From the NCBI GenBank assembly GCA_018715145.1, contig DVMD01000079.1, forward strand, positions 1 through 54,652: a stretch of DNA of 54,652 nt. The letters run 5' to 3'. Each line of letters starts with the position of its first letter. Position 1 is the first letter of the stretch. This document shows, one piece after another, positions 16,294 through 24,299 of the stretch. The DNA comes from Candidatus Onthocola stercorigallinarum (GTDB lineage Bacteria; Bacillota_I; Bacilli_A; RF39; UBA660). The position numbers and the translations under genes were made by a program. The notes under the pieces were generated by a model. It was not told the origin of the DNA. It saw only the letters and a list, made by a program, of their open reading frames with translations, and did no database searches.

Positions 16294-17101
16294 TTTTGCT
16301 TCGTTCTTTGCCAATATCAACCACCTCCTTTGCAAATGAAGAATATGCTTCTGCCACCTTGCTATTTTTGTCATAGGTAAATATACTTTTACCTCGTGAA
16401 GTAGATTCTGCTGTTTTAATTGCAAGAGGTATTTGAGTATCAAAAAGTTTTAATAAACTTCCGTAATTCTCTTGTAATTGTACTTTCATTTCTTTTGATA
16501 AATTTGTCCTTTTATCTACCAAAGTTAATAATGCACCATCTACTTTTAAATCTGGGTTAATTTGTCTTTTTACTTTTGAAATTGTTTTCAATAAATGTGT
16601 CATACCTTTCGCAGCAAGATATTGCGACTGTATCGGTATAATTACACTATCAGCACTAGCAAGAGCATTTATTGTTACCATTCCTAAACTAGGCATACAG
16701 TCTAAAATAATATAGTCATAATCTTTTTTGACTTCTGACAAACAATTTCTCATAGTGTACTCCCTACTCATTGCATTTACTAATGACATTTCCATTGCCG
16801 ATAAATCAAGATTAGATGGAATTAAGTCTACATTCTCTTTATGGTGTAATATCGCTTCCTTTGCCCTTATTGGCTCATCATTCATAGACTGTTCCATTAG
16901 GTCTGCTAATGTTAATGGTAATTTATCTTGTTCATACCAACCCATATAAGTTGTTAAATCGCCTTGTGGATCAGCGTCTACTAAAAGAACTTTTTTACCC
17001 ATTTTTGATAATGCTACTCCTAAACTAAAAGTTGTAGTAGTTTTACCAACGCCACCTTTTTGATTTGCAACAGCAATTACTCTACATTGTGACATTTTCA
17101 T
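16271..17101 (-). CDS. parA: ParA/Soj-family partition ATPase
   Basis: Deviant Walker A VANQKGGVGKTTTT, with ParA-like sequence throughout. Confidence 0.9.
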   Translation of the reverse strand: MKMSQCRVIAVANQKGGVGKTTTTFSLGVALSKMGKKVLLVDADPQGDLTTYMGWYEQDKLPLTLADLMEQSMNDEPIRAKEAILHHKENVDLIPSNLDLSAMEMSLVNAMSREYTMRNCLSEVKKDYDYIILDCMPSLGMVTINALASADSVIIPIQSQYLAAKGMTHLLKTISKVKRQINPDLKVDGALLTLVDKRTNLSKEMKVQLQENYGSLLKLFDTQIPLAIKTAESTSRGKSIFTYDKNSKVAEAYSSFAKEVVDIGKERSKNAVTKVR

Positions 17102-17216
17102 CTCCTCCTTTCTTTTTATATTTAGCCATCTTAAATAAAATGGCTATGTACTGCCTTTCAAGGCACAAAAAAAGAACTGATATTTTACTACCAGTTCAAA
17201 ATATGTTATATGTTAT

Positions 17217-17363
17217 TTATTTCTTATCTACTAACCTTAATAATAATTCATCAACAGGAGATGTATCTTCTTTTTCTCTTAATAATTTATTTCTTAATTC
17301 AACTAATCCATTCACAAGCATTCCATATTCTATATTATCAACTTTTAATTTTATTTTTTTCAT
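17217..17363 (-). CDS. Small hypothetical protein (48 aa) upstream of parA
   Basis: Hand-translated: MKKIKLKVDNIEYGMLVNGLVELRNKLLREKEDTSPVDELLLRLVDKK. The RBS is weak. It falls below the track cutoff. Confidence 0.3.
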   Translation of the reverse strand: MKKIKLKVDNIEYGMLVNGLVELRNKLLREKEDTSPVDELLLRLVDKK

Positions 17364-17687
17364 TTTTATCACACTCTCATTTCATATAAATATGATACTA
17401 TATTTTTTTAGCAAATGAAAATGTGTAACAACTATTTTCTTGTTTCAAGGGCGATTTTTTTTAGGGGGTTGCAATGACGTAATCACCATTCTAATTCCCA
17501 TCATAAATATCATTAAATTTGCTATATTTTTATCTATTTTGAATGATTTTAGGCTTTTTTCATCAAAAATGTGCAAGATCAAAAATCAAGAAAAGCCTTT
17601 ATTTATAAGGTTTTTGCTAGGGGTTGCAATAAATCGTAATCAACCAATTAATATTATTTTCATTCATAATTTTCGCCTTCTTTCTTA

Positions 17688-18527
17688 TTATGTATATTTT
17701 ACTTTCCTTATTTCTTGCTTTTTTTCTCTTTCCAGTTCTTTTAAACTCTTCTTAGGGGTAGGCATTTCTTCTGGCATCATGCCTCCGATATCAGCAATGG
17801 CTTGTCTTACCTTTTTACCAACTTCATAATGAACATTTTTAGCATTATTTTCACCTTGGACTTTATCTCTTAAAAGCTTTTGTTTTGTTTGATTTATTCT
17901 AAATAGATTTGCAATTAATTCATCTTCATTCATGTTATCCAAAATATCTTCTCTATAACGCAAATTTTTTCTTTTAAATATATCATTGGCAGTTTCCCCG
18001 TTATACAAGCCTTTATATCCAGCATTATGAAATTCAGCCATATTTTTTACACCAGCAGTTGATGCAACTTTTTGCAAAGTATAATTACCTTGTTTTGTTA
18101 ATTTTCTTTGATAGAATCTTTTTTCATCTTCTGTTAGTAAATCATACTCTTGTTCTGTTATTTCCTGTTTCCTAGTTTGAATAGCAAAATAAGTTTGACC
18201 TAAAGCAACAACTTCTTTACTAGGGTCAGCATTTTGCACTATTAAATAACAAATATATCTTGATAACTTATAATCTTTAATAAGTTCTTGTTTTCCCTTA
18301 CCAGTTATTATTGGCTTGTTGAACTCAACAACCCAATCTTCATTACCATGAATACTATTATTTGCAGATATTATTGATTTATCAATTACTTTTTTAAAAT
18401 TTCGCCATTCTTTATATTCCAATACTTTTTGTAATTCACGAGCATACCAAAATTCATTACCGTATTCATCAATGTGTTTAATATCTTCAAAAGTTTTATT
18501 ACTATATTTATTAGTAATTGATTCCAT
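17688..18527 (-). CDS. DinD-like (DNA-damage-inducible protein D family) protein
   Basis: FEDIKHIDEYGNEFWYARELQKVLEYKEWRNFKKVI ... DYKLSRYICYLIVQNADPSKEVVALGQTYFAIQTRKQE closely follows the E. coli DinD pattern as I recall it. Confidence 0.75.
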   Translation of the reverse strand: MESITNKYSNKTFEDIKHIDEYGNEFWYARELQKVLEYKEWRNFKKVIDKSIISANNSIHGNEDWVVEFNKPIITGKGKQELIKDYKLSRYICYLIVQNADPSKEVVALGQTYFAIQTRKQEITEQEYDLLTEDEKRFYQRKLTKQGNYTLQKVASTAGVKNMAEFHNAGYKGLYNGETANDIFKRKNLRYREDILDNMNEDELIANLFRINQTKQKLLRDKVQGENNAKNVHYEVGKKVRQAIADIGGMMPEEMPTPKKSLKELEREKKQEIRKVKYT

Positions 18528-18655
18528 ACATACTCCTTTCTAATATTATTGATTTTATCACCGTCGAAAATTTCGACAGTGTTTGTTCTTCTTTTATATT
18601 CCGTCGGAATTTTCGACGGAAGTTTTATTTTAGTACAATTTCTCTCTATAAACCA

Positions 18656-19657
18656 TTAATTGTTCTTTTCTAATTCCTTAAGTTCTATATTCATAATTTC
18701 TAAATAATCTTTCTCAGCTCTAGTTAAATGTTTTTGCATATATTTATCATATTCGGCATGCGCTTTTTTTAGGGCTTCTTCATGTGAAACAATTCCCTTT
18801 GTTTGCAATATATCATTATGTGTCATCTTTAAAAAACTATCTAATTCATTAACCCAATCTTGCATAGTCATCGGCTTTCTCTTTAAAGCATTTATTTCCG
18901 CAATATCAAGATAAGCCGACACTAATCTGTTTAAAACTTGTAATTCTTCGTGTGTTAAATAGTTTTTAGCAATTTCCGTTTCTTTTCTTGTGGGCATATC
19001 GCCTTTAAAGTTCGTAAGGCCTATGTTATCCTTACTACTATCAACTCTATTATAAACTATTTCAGCAGCAGTATTATTTGAAACTGCATAATGCATTTTA
19101 TTTTGAACAGTTTTAAAAAAATTAATTGTGATTTCTTTTTTTGGATTATAATCAATTGATGTGGCATATATATCTAATATCTTTCTCCAAAAAACTTTTT
19201 CACTTGATCTGATGTCTCTTATTTTATCTAGAAGTTCATCAAAGTATGGATCATTATTATTATTTTTAAATCTTTCAACATTTAAATTATATCCTTTTAC
19301 TAAATATTCTTTTAATTTTTCATTCGCCCAGATTCTAAACTTAGTTCCTTCACTAGATTTTACTCGAAAACCAATAGCAATTATCATATCTAGATTATAA
19401 TAATTAGTAGGCTTGGTAGAAAATTCGGAATTTCCGAATTTTCTCATAGTATTTGTTTCCAATAATTCTTGTTCTAAATAAATATTTTTTATATGCTCAT
19501 TAATTGTAGATTTAGCTTTATTATATAGTTTACTTATTTGTTCTTGAGTAAGCCAAATATTTTCTTCTTCTAAGATAACTTCAACTTTAATATCATTATC
19601 CGATTCATATATTAAAATATTATTTTCTTTGATATCTTCTTTTTTATTTACACTCAC
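18656..19657 (-). CDS. RhuM-family protein
   Basis: Typical RhuM layout: N-terminal IWLTQEQISKLYNKAKSTINEHIKNIY, central FRIWANEKLKEYLVKGY and a C-terminal helical region. Confidence 0.75.
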   Translation of the reverse strand: MSVNKKEDIKENNILIYESDNDIKVEVILEEENIWLTQEQISKLYNKAKSTINEHIKNIYLEQELLETNTMRKFGNSEFSTKPTNYYNLDMIIAIGFRVKSSEGTKFRIWANEKLKEYLVKGYNLNVERFKNNNNDPYFDELLDKIRDIRSSEKVFWRKILDIYATSIDYNPKKEITINFFKTVQNKMHYAVSNNTAAEIVYNRVDSSKDNIGLTNFKGDMPTRKETEIAKNYLTHEELQVLNRLVSAYLDIAEINALKRKPMTMQDWVNELDSFLKMTHNDILQTKGIVSHEEALKKAHAEYDKYMQKHLTRAEKDYLEIMNIELKELEKNN

Positions 19658-19690
19658 AAATTACACCTTCTTTCTTTTTTTAATATTTTT

Positions 19691-20293
19691 TTATAAATCT
19701 TTTGAACAGATTTTACTTTTATATTCTTTAAAATATTTTCTTAATGTATCATTAACATTAATCCAATAATAATTCGTTAAAGCATTATCGTTTAAATCTA
19801 TTTCAGTTTTTTCTATTTTTCCTCCGAGAGATTGAATCACTTTATTAGAAGCAATATTATCAACGGTACAATCGAGCAATATATTGGTTTCTCCCAGCTT
19901 TTGTTCTTCAAGTAAACCTAAATATAGTGCTGTTTTGGCATATCCTTTTTTTCTTTCGGTAGGTCTTATTCCATAACCAATGTGAGATGCTCCCCTATTT
20001 ATTAGTTCACTGGAAATATTATATCTAACATTTATCATGCCAACTATTCTATCATCGTTTTCTCTTACTACAAAAAATGTTTTTGAAGGACACCTATTTA
20101 TCTTACTGACATACTCTATATTCTTTCTTCTTTCAATTTCGAGTAACCAGTCTTCATATGATGCATCACCTAAACACATATCCATACTTCCTGTTCCGTT
20201 TAGCTCTGAGTTGTATTTTATATGTTCTTCTAAATAATCTAATGCTTCTTTTTTTCTACTGAGTGTAGGAATTTCCAAAAAAAGTTTTTCCAT
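19691..20293 (-). CDS. GNAT-family N-acetyltransferase
   Basis: Acetyl-CoA-binding-type segment IGYGIRPTERKKGYAKTAL in a roughly 200-aa protein of GNAT size and pattern. Confidence 0.7.
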   Translation of the reverse strand: MEKLFLEIPTLSRKKEALDYLEEHIKYNSELNGTGSMDMCLGDASYEDWLLEIERRKNIEYVSKINRCPSKTFFVVRENDDRIVGMINVRYNISSELINRGASHIGYGIRPTERKKGYAKTALYLGLLEEQKLGETNILLDCTVDNIASNKVIQSLGGKIEKTEIDLNDNALTNYYWINVNDTLRKYFKEYKSKICSKDL

Positions 20294-20531
20294 GCTTTTC
20301 TCCTTAATATTTTTTAGATGAGCACTTTCTATTATATCATCTACTAATTCATTTTGTCTTTATTTTTTTAAATATTTTTTAAGCTAGTGTAAAATAATAC
20401 ACTAGCTTAAATCCATTTCTAAAAATTATTGACTCTATTAAATTGTAAACTTGTTTTTTAGTAAAAGATTTATCAACCCCACCTACACTATAACAAGCAA
20501 ACTTTAATTAGTCAATAAATTTTTTTATTAA

Positions 20532-21146
20532 TTATTCATGATGTTCTTGTAATTTACCATTTTTCATACGAACATATTTAGATATTTGATTGCGATAACT
20601 TACTACAAATCCTTCAACATTTCTTTTTACTCTTGTAGTATATTTTTCATATAAACTATCTAAATGTCTTTTATCAGGTAATACTTTAAGTTCTGCAACT
20701 ACTGGAACAATTCCAATAAATTTGGGTATTTCTTGGGACTCAAAAGGATATATAAAATCATCATGATTATAATTAAGATTATACAAATTAAAATCATCAT
20801 CGACATTAGCTTTGGCAAACATATACCATCTTTTATCAAAGTCATCAATATTATATTTAATTTGTCCCATGCCTAGCCATTCACCACAAATAGCACTACC
20901 TTCATGTAATTCTTGAATTAGAGCTTCTTTATAGTTATTTAGCCATTCACTTAAGCCTTTATAAAGAATATCTTTAGCACTATCTAATTCATCTATGGCA
21001 ATTATATTTTTTCTTTGAGCAATATAAACTGTGCCATTTTTCTTAAAAATTACTAAATTACTGCCATCTAATTTTTCTGTAACGCATACTGTTTCACCAT
21101 TACATTTTACCCTTGCAGTTTTTGGGTAAATTTCTTTTTTTAACAT
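20532..21146 (-). CDS. Minimal ATP-dependent RNA/DNA-ligase-like nucleotidyltransferase
   Basis: Covalent nucleotidyltransferase motif I EKLDGSN (KxDG), motif III-like ICGEW, motif IV-like EGFVV and motif V-like KYVRMK in a 204-aa protein. Confidence 0.6.
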   Translation of the reverse strand: MLKKEIYPKTARVKCNGETVCVTEKLDGSNLVIFKKNGTVYIAQRKNIIAIDELDSAKDILYKGLSEWLNNYKEALIQELHEGSAICGEWLGMGQIKYNIDDFDKRWYMFAKANVDDDFNLYNLNYNHDDFIYPFESQEIPKFIGIVPVVAELKVLPDKRHLDSLYEKYTTRVKRNVEGFVVSYRNQISKYVRMKNGKLQEHHE

Positions 21147-21338
21147 TTAAAATTCCTCCTTATTTAATATTTTGTTTTGTAAATATCATAGCGTGATGTG
21201 TTGTTACTATGATTTAACTTTGTTTCCAAAGTTCTTCTCCTTCCATATATATTTCGCCCTAAACATAAATATAAAATAATAAACTAAAATCAAGGGAGGG
21301 CCTTAATATCTAATAAAATTATAACATCTAATTTATCC

Positions 21339-21371
21339 AAAGAAAAGAAAAAATTTGCTTTTAGCAAATTT
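21339..21371 (-). terminator. Rho-independent terminator of the rplS-lepB-127aa operon
   Basis: Hairpin AAATTTGC-tttta-GCAAATTT (21351-21371) overlaps the stop codon. A T-run follows on the minus strand. Confidence 0.55.
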
Positions 21372-21753
21372 AACTTTTTTTATCATTTAATGATTTAATT
21401 CTTAATAATACATCTTCAGATGAATACCCATCATATTCTAAAGCTCTTTCTATCTCTGGAATATCAAATAAATCCCAGTATTTTAATTTTATATGATAAG
21501 TCGCTGGTCCAAGTGGAGTATTAATGCCCGCAATAAAAGAGTCATCAAACATAGGATCAGCTTCATTATCATAATGTTTTTTAGATTTCCAAGATATATC
21601 TGGATATACATTACATAGAGCACTAAATAAAATTATTCTGTGTTCATATAATTCTTGAAAAGTATGATAACCATCACTTATATCTTTAGTAGAAATCCCC
21701 TCATTTTTTAATTCTTCGATTTCTTTATTTATATGATTTATTTTATCAGGCAT
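21370..21753 (-). CDS. Hypothetical protein (127 aa), last gene of the rplS-lepB operon
   Basis: It starts 11 nt after the lepB stop. The motif DGYHTFQELYEHR is present, but I cannot name a family. Confidence 0.6.
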   Translation of the reverse strand: MPDKINHINKEIEELKNEGISTKDISDGYHTFQELYEHRIILFSALCNVYPDISWKSKKHYDNEADPMFDDSFIAGINTPLGPATYHIKLKYWDLFDIPEIERALEYDGYSSEDVLLRIKSLNDKKS

Positions 21754-21764
21754 TTTTAGACTCC

Positions 21765-22244
21765 TTATATTGTTCCAAATTTATTAAAAGGCCATAATCT
21801 AAAAATAATTTTACCAATTATTTCATCTTCTTTTACTGGACCAAAATATCTTGAATCTTTACTTATTGGACGATTATCCCCTAAAATGAAGTATTCATCA
21901 TCATCTAAAGTAATTTCTTCATAATCACTTGTTTCCCCATAAGCATAGTCTTCTTCTACTTCTTCCCCATTTACATAAATGGTGTTATCCCTAATACTTA
22001 CAGTATCACCAGGCATACCAATAATTCTTTTAATAATTATTTCGCCTTCTTTTTCTTCATCTAATACTACTATATCACCATAATCAACATTAGCTAATTT
22101 ATATAAAAGAAGTATTTGTCCGTCCTCTAGGGTTTGATCCATACTAGCACCATCTACTCTAACTGGAGTAATAATAAATGTTCTTATTAAAATAACTGCA
22201 ATAATTATTAATACATATGGAAGTATTTCTTTAATAATTTTCAT
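21765..22244 (-). CDS. lepB: Signal peptidase I
   Basis: S26 catalytic Ser box DGASMDQTL, Lys box IKRIIGMPGD and GDNRPISKDSR. Confidence 0.9.
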   Translation of the reverse strand: MKIIKEILPYVLIIIAVILIRTFIITPVRVDGASMDQTLEDGQILLLYKLANVDYGDIVVLDEEKEGEIIIKRIIGMPGDTVSIRDNTIYVNGEEVEEDYAYGETSDYEEITLDDDEYFILGDNRPISKDSRYFGPVKEDEIIGKIIFRLWPFNKFGTI

Positions 22245-22276
22245 ATTTCACCTAACCAACCAAAATAAGGAAAGAA

Positions 22277-22618
22277 TTAATTTCTTTCCTTAACTTTGTA
22301 TTCTTTACGCATTCCCTTAATAAAGTTAAGTTTAGCTCTTCTAACTTTACCTTTTTTAACTACTGTAATTGAATCAATTGTAGGGGCATTAACTGGGAAT
22401 ATTCTAGATACTCCAACAGTACCTGATTTCTTACGAACAGTAAATGTTTCAGAAACTCCTCCACCTCTTTTGGCAATTACTAAGCCTTCAAAAGATTGGA
22501 TTCTTTCCTTTTTACCTTCTTTTACCCAAACATCAACTTTTACAGTATCCCCAACTCTAAATTCAGGAATATCTTTACGAATATGTTTTGCATTAATCTT
22601 ATCAACTAGATTAGCCAT
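22277..22618 (-). CDS. rplS: 50S ribosomal protein L19
   Basis: FRVGDTVKVDVWVKEGKKERIQSFEGLVIAKRGGG...TFTVRK is canonical L19. Confidence 0.95.
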   Translation of the reverse strand: MANLVDKINAKHIRKDIPEFRVGDTVKVDVWVKEGKKERIQSFEGLVIAKRGGGVSETFTVRKKSGTVGVSRIFPVNAPTIDSITVVKKGKVRRAKLNFIKGMRKEYKVKERN

Positions 22619-22692
22619 ATATTACCTCCTCACTATTACCTATAATCTTATATTAAATACAGCGGATTATATACTTTTTTTGGGTCTAATCC

Positions 22693-22721
22693 ATTATATC
22701 ACAACTTTTTTAAATATGCAA
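22693..22721 (-). promoter_or_regulatory. SigmaA-type promoter of rplS
   Basis: The minus strand reads TTGCAT, a 17-nt spacer, then TATAAT, with TG at the extended -10 position (gTGaTATAAT). Confidence 0.6.
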
Positions 22722-22726
22722 ACTAT

Positions 22727-24238
22727 TTAAGTGTTTTTCAACTTAAATAAATAACCGTACATATGAAATCTTTCAAAATCTTGTTGCTCGCTCATAATTA
22801 AATCATAATTTAAGAACAAATCATTTTCTTCTTCTTTTAATTTTTCTTCATCCAATAATGTATAATAAACAATAAACATAGTTTCTCCATTTTTAATATA
22901 TTCCTCAAAAGAATCTAGAATATCAGGAAAATATTCATATTTAATATTTTGTTTTTGGAAAAAATATGTACTAGGATATAAGCCAGCTAAAGTATAGATG
23001 CCACTATCTAAAAATCCCATATTAACTATGCTCGGATTTTCTTCTTCACTTATAATATTAGCAAATTTATATTGAAATAAATCTTCCTTTTTAATTTCAA
23101 AATATGCTTTATTATTAGAATTATAATATGCATTAAATCCAGAAATTAGTACTATTATAACTATTAAAGGATAATACCATTTATTAAGTTTAGCAATATA
23201 TTTATTTAGTAAATTAAATGCACATAGTAAGCCAATTCCTATAAAAAATAATATAAATAATAAATAGTATCTATAAAATTTTAATCCAACATAAACACCA
23301 ATTATTGTTATAAATAAAGTTACTAATAATAATACTTTTCCTCTTAATTTTAAATCTAATTTCCAAATTAAAATTGGGGCACATAGTAATACTATATAAC
23401 AAGCCATATTATTATAAAAAGCACTAAATAAACCTACAAACATTTTATTTATTCTTGTAAAAATGTTTATTTTTTCTCCCCCATAAGCAGTAATATTAAC
23501 CCAAAAATAATTATAGAAAAAGTCTCCAACAGCATGGTTTATAGCAAAATAAATCAAAAATATAGCAAATGTAATAAACATACCTAGAAGTAAAACTAAT
23601 GGATATATTATAGCTTTTTTATAACCTTTTTGCATTATATAATCAATAAATATTGTTAAAGTAAAACCAAACCAAAAGCCAAGTAAAGTATATTTGATAA
23701 GTAATATAAATCCAGCAATTACACCATTTAATAACATTTCTTTTTTAGTTAATTCTTTTACTTTAAAGTGTTTAATAAAATAATATAAAGTTATAAAGAA
23801 AAAAGGTACACAAAATTCTTCAGCTGAGCCACCATGAGTAAATGCTCTAGTTGTAACAATCAGGCTCATAAATATTGGAAGTATTAATAAAGAGACTTTA
23901 GTACTTAAAAACAATTTTAATATCTTATATAAATATATTAAAGCTACCGTCCAAAATAATACTTCTAAAATAAAGATGCCTAGAAAAGATTTAAAAGAAA
24001 TTAATGAACCTATGCCATAAATTAAATATAAAAGAGGACCTTTTTGTTCAAATAAATCCCTGTAAGGGACTATGCCATGCATCATGGATTTTCCCACAGT
24101 AAAAAAGGCATTAGCATCTACCCAATCATTAAATGGATAAAGAAAAGAATTTTTGCTGGCGACACTTAAACAAATAAAAGATATAAAAAGAGCATAAAGA
24201 CCAATTAATATGTTTTTTTTATTAAATATTTTTTTCAT
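22727..24238 (-). CDS. Polytopic membrane protein, GT39/ArnT-like glycosyltransferase family
   Basis: 503 aa with more than 10 predicted TM helices. The N-terminal region is similar to the PMT/ArnT-type fold (VPYRDLFEQKGPLLYLIYG). Confidence 0.65.
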   Translation of the reverse strand: MKKIFNKKNILIGLYALFISFICLSVASKNSFLYPFNDWVDANAFFTVGKSMMHGIVPYRDLFEQKGPLLYLIYGIGSLISFKSFLGIFILEVLFWTVALIYLYKILKLFLSTKVSLLILPIFMSLIVTTRAFTHGGSAEEFCVPFFFITLYYFIKHFKVKELTKKEMLLNGVIAGFILLIKYTLLGFWFGFTLTIFIDYIMQKGYKKAIIYPLVLLLGMFITFAIFLIYFAINHAVGDFFYNYFWVNITAYGGEKINIFTRINKMFVGLFSAFYNNMACYIVLLCAPILIWKLDLKLRGKVLLLVTLFITIIGVYVGLKFYRYYLLFILFFIGIGLLCAFNLLNKYIAKLNKWYYPLIVIIVLISGFNAYYNSNNKAYFEIKKEDLFQYKFANIISEEENPSIVNMGFLDSGIYTLAGLYPSTYFFQKQNIKYEYFPDILDSFEEYIKNGETMFIVYYTLLDEEKLKEEENDLFLNYDLIMSEQQDFERFHMYGYLFKLKNT

Positions 24239-24299
24239 ACTACCACTAACCTTTATTATAGCAAATTTCCATAATTATAAACAACATAAGGAAAACAAA

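Larger units (their letters stand above)
1..21146. mobile_element. Segment of an integrative conjugative/mobilisable element with accessory cargo; continues beyond the left window edge
   Basis: Co-oriented minus-strand block: mobC-like gene, oriT-like inverted repeats, DUF3991/Toprim gene, giant methylase-helicase, sortase plus adhesin, parB and parA (to 17101). Accessory genes follow to 21146. A housekeeping operon (rplS-lepB) with its terminator starts at about 21340. No integrase or att repeat is seen, so the right boundary is inferred only. Confidence 0.65.

Noticed and set aside
16294-16443. N-terminal 50-codon extension of the ParB ORF in the track
   Set aside because: It overlaps the parA coding sequence for 170 nt and its sequence is not ParB-like. 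ATG 16293 gives the normal short overlap.
17123-17146. Hairpin TAGCCAT-cttaaataaa-ATGGCTA just upstream of parA as a terminator
   Set aside because: There is no U-tract in either orientation. It is more likely a ParA/ParB autoregulatory operator or has no function, and the evidence is insufficient to call it.
22619-22692. Possible L19 (rplS) autoregulatory leader RNA
   Set aside because: A GGATTA...TAATCC hairpin exists in the 5' UTR. I cannot verify a match to the known L19 leader consensus without a covariance-model scan, so it is not reported as a feature.
22296-22730. 144-aa plus-strand ORF antisense to rplS. Similar antisense ORFs occur at 33881..34294, 36400..36759, 17065..17418, 17440..17829, 10984..11289 and 44373..44633.
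   Set aside because: All are mirror-frame ORFs opposite strongly supported genes or lie in AT-rich spacers. Their products are hydrophobic or low-complexity, with no RBS and no motifs.
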